NCBI GenBank assembly: GCA_020137815.1
Contig: CM035350.1
Location: 4,588,001-4,652,000 of the forward strand
DNA: 64,000 nucleotides
Reading direction: 5' to 3'
Source: Hormiphora californensis
Taxonomy: Eukaryota; Animalia; Ctenophora
The translations under genes and the position numbers were made by a program. How positions within the stretch are numbered: position 1 is the stretch's first letter; every line of letters starts with the position of its first letter. Shown piece after piece: positions 55,646-64,000 of this stretch. A model generated the notes under the pieces. It was given only the letters and a program-made list of their open reading frames with translations. It was not told where the DNA came from and did no database searches.

Positions 55646-58600
55646 CACTTTGTGAATTATGTTTCCCAATTTGTTCATTTTCTCCTTCTTCTCGTCTTTC
55701 ATCTTGTTCAGCTTATCTTCAACCATCTTCAACCAAACCTACAAAGAGAAATAATTTTCGTTTCCTGTTAAAAATCGTCTATAAAAACTATGAAATGAAA
55801 AGTGGGATGGCGGTCGAGTACAGAAATAGACAGACGGAGACTTAGAAATAGACGGGGTCAGACTACAAGGAATGACCGGTATGACAACCTATATTCTTGA
55901 TGACAGAAAATACACTAAAAACTATATCCAACAGTTGGACTCCAAATATGTGTTGAACCAACTGTCACACTTCGCACAATGTAGGTACAGAGGAATGCTA
56001 TGGCCATCGGTAACCAAAGTGTGTAGAACTCCAAAATACAATGATCAATATTTGTAGGGGATGGAATAACGACTAGTTGAGTATGAAGTGATACGCGACT
56101 CATGAAATACAAATTGGATATCTTCTACTCACATCCTCGCCAGTATAATTTTCCTCTCCGTACATGGATGCAGCGATTAGAGGAACACTCATTCCCTGGC
56201 TATCAGGGGCAGCCACCAACAGCGACCCCTGACTGTCCCTTCTCTGGAGCTGATGGTAGCTGTCAGATCTGCTTAGGTTCCCCAAACTCCCCTGACTCAC
56301 CACGCTCACACTGCTCCCTGATTTTCTGAGACCCATCGCTTCTAAAGGTGAGATAAGATTTAGTTTTTCACTGTTTATTTAATATTTGTCTATAGTTCAT
56401 AGTTCAGAGCAACATCCTCATATATAATGAGGATATATACGAACATCATGTATGCTAGAAATATAATGCTTTGCCAATACCTTTATTACCGTATTTTACG
56501 CCCAGATATAATATCAACGTACCGTGTGCGATGTTGTGTGCACTGCCACTTTTTCTCAGTGATTCCACAACTCCGATAGTCTGGTTCCTGCTTATTGGCC
56601 GCTTTAAACTCTGACTCCGATTAACCTAACCAATGAAATGAGGTTTGTAAATCGCTAATAAATAGAGCTCTATTTATCTTTTGGTGGCTTATTTTTCATT
56701 GCTGTTTTCATTGTAAAAATTGTATTGCTAAAACTATTTTCCACTTACTCCACCCTTTGATGGGTTTCTCCGGTGTTTTGCTTTTTGTCTCCGCTCCTCT
56801 CGTTTGAATACCATGTATTCGTGGTAATGGCGTAGTGCTTCCTTCCCTCTGAAGTACTCCGCAAGACCTAAACATAGGCACACTCTTTTTGTACGGCTTT
56901 CTAATGCACGGAGCTTGCCTGACACATGACACACACACAGACAGGCGGAAATAACAAATTCACAAAGTCAAGTAGAAAAGTTAGAATGCTAAAAAAGTAT
57001 TTCAACAGCTCTATAAAAGCTAAGAACTCTCCAGTTAACGATCTGCAGCACCTACCAGCGTCATCATCAGTTTCACAGGGGTACTTGGCGTGACCGTAGA
57101 GCCAGTCACTGAACTGTATGAATATATCAAGTTTGATACCGTTAATGGCCACCAACACGGCCTTGTCCCCATCTGATGCCCGCCTTGCCTCGTTCTCTGT
57201 GTTCACGTTCTCACGGAATAACTCATACTGAGAACAGGGCGGTGTTGGGGTTAAAAGAGCTATAGAAACAAGCATGCGCAATAACATATGGTACCAAAGT
57301 ACAGACATCAGTGGTGAGAGAAAGACGTCTACAGATCAGATCATGACGATATGAGATCTCTCGTGGGAAATGTCTGTATACCTGTTCAAGGGTAGCACCG
57401 TCTACATCAGACTCCAGCTGGTCTTGATTAATTTCACCTGTCAGTACAGATCAGTGTGTAACGTACAGTGTGTGTGCAATGTATTACACATGTGCAGTAC
57501 TACCAATCTAACAGTTACTCTCTTCCTGAGTTTTCCCCCGTTTCAAGGATCTTTAACTAATTGACACAAGCCCAATAACTTTCCTTCCAACTGATACATT
57601 TGTTTTCTCTTCTCCAATTAACTTACCGTCCTCGTTGGCAACAAGCCACCTGCTCACTGCCTCCCTTGTCCTCTTCAGGGTGTTCTGTGGTGCTACATCA
57701 CCCGTTGCCATCACCTGTCTGAGCATCATACTCTCCCTCTTCCTCTTGTTCCTAATGGCCTCCAGCTCCCGCTTCCTACAGGCTGCTGCCTGCTCGATCT
57801 CACCCTGATTGTCAAGGTAACGAGACCGGGAGGAGTAGGCTGCCTGCTCGATCTTTGCAATCAGACTCTTTCCCTTGCTATTCTCCCTGATCTCCTGAAG
57901 ATCATGAGCGTGTTTAGACCCGCCTTCTGATATTATATGAACACACATGATTATGTGCAGTAGGTGGGTGAAGTACGTCATGCGACAGTTGTTAGTCTGG
58001 TCTCTTAAAATTATCCCTCTATTCTATCTGTAGTACTACTGCAGATGCCCGAAAGCATCAGCTATTCCTGGTCTAAATGAATGCCTGTAATAATAACAAC
58101 AATCTCACATGTATGTGTTCTAGGCTACATACCCTTATATACTGTGAATATATATCGTTTATACCTTGGGAAGGAGTCTGAGTTTCTCTCTCAGCGCATT
58201 ATATTCCTCAACTGACATTGTCTCGACTGTTACAGTTAAGTTCTCCAGTTCACGTTCCAGCTCCCCAATTTGTCGGTTCAACATCTGCCTCTTCCTCTTT
58301 TGGACCATGAGTTCTGCTTTTCGCAGCATTTCCATCATTCGGTACTCTTTGGTATCCTATTATGAGGAGAATGAGATATTTATTGAATGTCTAGAAAGAG
58401 AAGTGTTGACGTAAAGCTAATATGGTAAAACAGGCTGAATACTCGAAAAAATTGGCCTATTTGACATTCGAGTGAGCTGCAGAAGCCTCGCTGTTTCCTA
58501 TGAATTATGATACTCATTTTAGTACCCACCTTGAATTTGCATCTCTTAGCAAAGTCAGCACTATCGAATTCAGATGGGGGTGCTGCAGGTTGTTTTTGTT

Positions 58601-58762
58601 TGGCTGAGCTCGCACTGAGGTTCCTTCTTCGTGCTCCTGGAGTTACCGATCCTTCAACTGGTCCTCGATACCTGGGGGTTATCATTTCGGTACACTTGTA
58701 TTGTGACTTTGTCAGAGTCTATTAGACTCGGTCTAAATTGTGAGAAGTTCACTTTGTTGCAT
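55646..58762 (-). CDS. Multi-exon coiled-coil protein of unknown function (model approximate; 3' end not determined); contains +1 frame changes
   Basis: CCGCCATG at 58762. Exons ~58762-58530, 58356-58165, ~57926-57626, ~57437-57380, ~57227-57140, 57114-57056, 56341-56133, 55738-55646 with GT-AG boundaries and coiled-coil-like translations. Confidence 0.55.
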
Positions 58763-59031
58763 GGCGGTGTTAATTAGAAGGGAAGTCTTGTAATATCGTC
58801 CTTTTGAGTGAGGGCGGTGCACGTGCAGGGTATGTGTGCCCTGCTATGTATTGTAGAGTGATCCTATTGTGACATTGCCAGACTGCTGAGTATGACACCA
58901 AAACAATTGGGAAGATATAATTGTAGAGACAATTGAAATCAGCAGGTTTCATTGGCACACAATACACACAGTCTGCACGTGCATACAGAGACGACACAAC
59001 TGTACTCCTGAGTACTAGTCACTGTATTATC

Positions 59032-60878
59032 ATGTTTGCATTATCCTTGTTTCTCTGTATCGCCATATCCCTGCAATCTGAGGAGGAGGAGAGATGTATG
59101 ACCTACTCAGGTGGAGTGGAGACTTTATTACCCTTTCCTGGGCCTGATACCATGGTAACGGTTTGGAGTCGCTTAGAAACCACAGCAGCCTTCAACCGTA
59201 AACATGGAGTTAAAGTTGTATTGTTGGACAGTAGAGGAAAGGAGGTGGGTAAAGTGGTTGTTGCTGCACCCCGAGTGTTTCTCCCCTATACGGTACGACT
59301 CTTTGTTAACGGGGTTCAACAGGAGGATATTGAGACATCTGTTATTAGTAAGGGAGATGTTTGGGAGGCAGCCATTCAGGTGTTCATTCACGACTCAACC
59401 ATTGATGTAAGATGTTTCAAAAGGACAAACCACTCTTTTCAACGATACTCAGCTCTGCATCTAAAGCGGTTGGAGATGCTACTCAGCTGTCAATTAAAGT
59501 ATCAGGCCAGGCTACGGAAATTGAAAAAATTCGAGTTTGTGATCACAGTACGAGAATGAAACTGATTTATGAAGGAGTTCAGATTTCAGCTACTGTTGAG
59601 GAGTTGCTAGGGACGACCATCAAAATCACATGTCATGTTGAGGGGCCACCACCCCTTAAACTGTCCTGGAGCCATGATGGCGTGGAGCTCCAGCAAAACA
59701 AGCCCCTGCTCTCCGTGAACTTGGTCCCTGAGGCTGAGGGTTGGTATGGCTTGTAGCGCAGAACGAGAGTTTACTTCCGCAAAATCATACTATCAAACTA
59801 ACTGGTTACATCCCCCTGACAACGTTTATCCCATACCCACGGTTTCTAGTGGTTACAGCCGGGGAAACGGTCAAGTTAAAATGTCATGTGGTCCAATGGC
59901 CACAGGATAGCACTGCGGTTACTTGGCGACACTTTGGTAAATCGGACGCAGGGTCAAGTTTAGTTGTAAATTCTGGGTGGATTGAAAATAAGAACCTCTA
60001 CCATCCTCCCTCTCTTTCCCGTGTAGAGGAGTTGTCTCTTATCCTTGAGGATGTCCGGGAATCCCAGGTTTTCACATGTGGCAGGGAGGCAGCGAGTGTA
60101 ACCTGTCGAAATACCGGTTACAGAACCGGATCTGCATTTCAGTCACCATGGCAACCATGTGATGGTCACATGCCTTGTCCTCTCTTCCCCACCACCGGAA
60201 TTAGTGAATCTGGTACTCCTTCACAAAAACGGAAATAAGATAATTTCCGCCCGTCGCCAACAGGTAGAGGTGGTAACGGAAAATAATCAACATAATATGT
60301 GGGTATGGAGGGTGGACAGACCATTGGACCACGTGTATTTCAATTGTACAGCTGTACAAAGACTGTTCAATCGAACCATAGTCACAGCAGAATCAACAGG
60401 AGAAGCTTTTCTATTCCCTCCACCCGATTATAATCTTCCTCCAACCATGGCACCGCCCAAAAACCACTCAGAATTACCCCCAAAGATATCCATAACATCT
60501 CCGGATGCAAGTGGTAGTTTAGCGATAGGAAGCACGGTCATGGTGTCATGTCACGTGACCAGACCCCCGGACAGAATGGAAGTGACGGTCAACAATGAGA
60601 CAGTCAGTTGGGTCCCAGCTATCACAGAGCCAGGGAACACAATTACAACATCTTTTAATTTGGAGAAGGGTGTATCGCGTGTAATGTGCAAGGCGTGGTG
60701 GTTTCAATCCCGGATGAGTGAGGGTTTATCAGTTGTATCTGATGTACTGTTTATTCAACCTAGTAGGTGGTTTAGTTGGACGATAATGTGGTTTGCAGCT
60801 GGAGCTACGGTTTTATCAGTGGTTTTGGGAGTTTTTATTTGTGTCGTGTGTCGAAAAGTGAAATGCTGCAGCAATTAG
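59032..60878 (+). CDS. Intronless single-pass membrane protein with ~4 Ig-like domains; three frame breaks
   Basis: Signal peptide MFALSLFLCIAISL. Ig motifs ITCHVEGPPPLKLSWSHDG..EGWY, VKLKCHV..VTWRH, VTCLVLSSPPP..YFNCTA, VMVSCHV..VMCKAW. TM FAAGATVLSVVLGVFICVV, then a short Cys-rich tail. Confidence 0.7.
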
Positions 60879-62264
60879 CTCGATTCTTGAATAGAATAGT
60901 ACCATGGAGAAATTGCTTTGGTATTATATCTGAACTTTCTACTTTGAAACGTTGTAAATTTGGGTGCCTTGGTTTCCGCTCTGTGTGTGTGGTTTACATT
61001 TGAATTACAAAGACATATCATTAGAAAAACATGGAAGTTTCACGAGTTTACCTGTCTCTCGTGGACTTCGCTGCTTCTGCGCTCAATTTGGCTGATTTGC
61101 TTCGACCTGTGTATGGAAGGGAAATTTAGTCAAGTTGTGAGATTTCCCAAGCGGTAGATGATACGAGATGAAATCTCCCCTTAAAACACATGAGAAAAAC
61201 AGACATGTAGTGGTTTCTACTGTACATGTGTGGTTTCATCTAATTGATATCAAGAAAGCAATTTGCCCCCGTAATTAGAGTGGCCGACTATAGTAACTAT
61301 ACTTCATGAAGCAATGATCGTTGAAGTCAACCGTATGACTTCTGTTTTTTCTTCTCTAACAATGGCTCTCAATTTTACATTCTCTCTCGAAAATGGAGAA
61401 CTATAATTGTGTTTACTGTTTTTCTACTACTGTTCTACCAGTAGATCTGATATATTGAGATGCTAGTTGCTGTACTACTCCCGATGATAACCACAATACC
61501 ACACGCACAACTCCACCTAGTCCACTATAACATTTGGCGGTTTCCCCAGTTTGCAGTACTCACCTAGTCCGCTTGGTGGTTTCCCCAGTTTGCTCCGTGC
61601 TGCTGCTTTTCTCCCTGCTCCCGTTAGGTGTGAGGTGTCCTTATTGACCGTCCTGCTTTCCTGAAATGTAAACAACATTAAAAAGCTCTGCCCATGTGTC
61701 TTCTGATATCATTTGGCAACAGAGCCTGTGGTGTGACTAAATGCCTGATCTCGCCATTAGAGGTCTTATGTTATGTATATAGGCAAACCGCCTGCTTGCA
61801 CGCAATCTCGTTATCCCTTTAAATAGTTTTCATGGAGAATTAGTAACTCTAAATGCACTATATAGCACGTGTCAAGCACATACGAGCCGGAATATCTTTT
61901 CGTTGTTTAAATCGAAATTTCGAATTAATGTTCCTTTTGCCTTTCCGTCTTCTCTCCTTAACTATTACTCTTTTTCTCATCTTCTTCAGCAGTTCTCTAA
62001 CTCCTAGTTTCCATGTCTTTTCCTCCGCGGTTATTGTTCATCGGCACAACCATCTAATCAGAGTTACTGCATACGTCAATCATCATCGCACAATGAAAAA
62101 TTACCCCAGGACTCCTCGATTCCTAATTATCTTTTCCCTCTGTAATTAAAATCTCACTGAGCACTGAAGAGGAAGAGAGAGAGGAGAGGTATAGCTCTTT
62201 AATATTCTTGTTATCATTATAATCACGGCTCACATTTATCACCGCTGCTCTCTCTCTACCCGAC

Positions 62265-62550
62265 ATGGCCGATTTGACGAGTTCTTCCGCGCCTCGACCG
62301 AGAAACATGGTCAAGCTACAACTCAACGACGAGAGCATCTCCAGCGGACCTGGAGACTACGACTGATACGGACTGTCCCTCTGATTTTGAAAACTGAGCT
62401 ACTGAGTGAGGACCGGGGATACTACAGTCTGGGGGATAGTTTCAAGCAGAGCCTCCACTGAGACACTCATATCGGATGGTTTTATGAAGGAGCACGTCGA
62501 TACCCGCCACCACCATGCTGCGCTAGGGGAGACCAACGAATCCATGCTAG
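62265..62550 (+). CDS. Putative first coding exon of a gene continuing downstream; three TGA/+1 junctions
   Basis: GACATGG start. Reads continuously to the donor G|GTAGG at 62550/62551 if the T of each TGA (62364, 62395, 62459) is skipped. Confidence 0.5.
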
Positions 62551-62776
62551 GTAGGAGAGTTGCATGTGGAGAGACTGATAGAGCGATAGAGTGAGAGAGA
62601 AAGAGAGAGGGGAGAGAGAGAAAGGCATCTCATTTCCTAATGAACAGAGAGTTGCATTGCCTGTGATGTGTTGGGTTTTACTACTGCTGCATACTAATAA
62701 GTAATAGTAGTGGTAGAGCTTGATATTATGCGAATCTACTGCATTAATATGAGAGAGAGAGATAGAAAGAGAGAGG

Positions 62777-62808
<32 letters not shown>

Positions 62809-64000
62809 AAGAGAGAAAGATTAACGAGAACTAGCTGCAATCTATGTAAATACATAACTGTACTTCAGGACTGTATAATTTCCAAACCACTGTGGCCTTC
62901 TCCCCTCCTGAAAAGACCAGTATAAGCCTTTTAGGTAGGAGCTTTAATTTGGAGATTGGAGGAAACCGATTGCATGGCATGTTACCATATATGTAAATTA
63001 ATTGTCATTAGTTCATTGTACTAAAAATACAAATTCGTATTGCAAGAGATCACTAGTATGAGAGTGTGCATAGTACATGATGTTTCATGTGTCACACACT
63101 CTGTGTGTACTCTGTGTCTACCTCGAGCGGCATGACATTCAGGTGTTATAGTGTGGGCATTTGATTGAGCAATTCGTTAGAGCTGATTCTCCCTAGTACC
63201 ATTGTTACTCATTGTTACTCAGCTCACACAGCTCCTCGCATGATGAAGGCCTATTGTCATGATTCTCATTTCCCTTCTCCATTCGGCCAGTCATTCTTCT
63301 TTAGCTCATGATCGCTCTGATCTAGATGGCACAACGACGGTCGTGGGTCATATAAGTAATTACGTAACGTAGTTAGATTAGAAACAAATCTGAATTAGCT
63401 AGTGAGAGAAATAAGGAGAGAGATATAGAGGGTAAGAATGAAAGAGAGGGAGGGAAACTCTAAAAAGAGAGAGGCAGAGAGAAAGTGTAGGATGCTAGAC
63501 ATTTATGGGACAGCGTCACTGTATACAGACAGACCACATAACTTATGCGATGATCTCTACGTGCTTTAGCAGTTTGTAGCTTGTTTTAAAGCTCCCGTTT
63601 AGACATACATATTATATGCAGCAAGTAGGTATACTTTGCCTGTCGTCTCCCCAGCTCTCTCCAGCTAATCTTTATCTCAGATCTACATCTATCTTTTCTA
63701 GGACGCTCTGTCGGCCTTTAGTGCAGATCATGATTTGTACCGCTAGATTTAGTATACTTTATAGGTAAATTTAGTATACTTTATAGGTAACTGCTAACTT
63801 CCTTCTATCTCTAACAAAATCTCTCTTTCTCTCTCTCCCTATCTCTCTCTCTCATTATACCGCTTTTGTGCTCTTATTTTGACCTCATGCGATGTATGAA
63901 GAAGAAGTAAGCCATTTCCTCCGATTCTTCCATTGCTGTCTGTACTAGAATGCCCTCTGCAACGACAGCCTCCAAGCTACTCCATCATGATCCTAACCAC

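Noticed and set aside
59407-59423. 5-nt (GTAAG) or 17-nt GT..AG micro-intron as a general explanation for the frame breaks
   Set aside because: It restores the frame here, but most other junctions have no suitable GT..AG, and real introns in the window are at least ~69 nt.
62364-62461. Selenocysteine or stop-codon readthrough at the TGAs
   Set aside because: The same frame hits further stops or gives implausible sequence; the continuation is in the +1 frame.

Overview
Eukaryotic (animal-type) nuclear DNA with GT-AG introns, many (AG)n/(CT)n microsatellites and many non-autonomous DNA transposons. From memory, the 109-bp CAGGAACCGACCGAA MITE is a Pleurobrachia-type ctenophore repeat; this is not verified. 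Genes: an intronless Golgi sulfotransferase, a CENP-B/pogo-type HTH gene (two copies, one error-laden), a 9-exon casein kinase II alpha, a GAS2-like (CH+GAR) gene with three alternative 3' ends, three tandem intronless paralogues of an unrecognised coiled-coil family, a multi-exon coiled-coil gene, an Ig-domain membrane protein, and the first exon of another gene. Main observation: seven genes look otherwise intact but are broken by about 20 frame changes, mostly +1. Many can be repaired by skipping only the T of an in-frame stop codon (e.g. GAC-TGA, AAC-TGA, CAC-TGA, AGC-TGA, TCC-TGA, ATT-TAG). Conserved-domain exons (CK2, CH, GAR, sulfotransferase) have none. This is a candidate pervasive Euplotes/antizyme-like +1 recoding (or deletion-editing) system in an animal. 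Consensus indel errors cannot be excluded from sequence alone.
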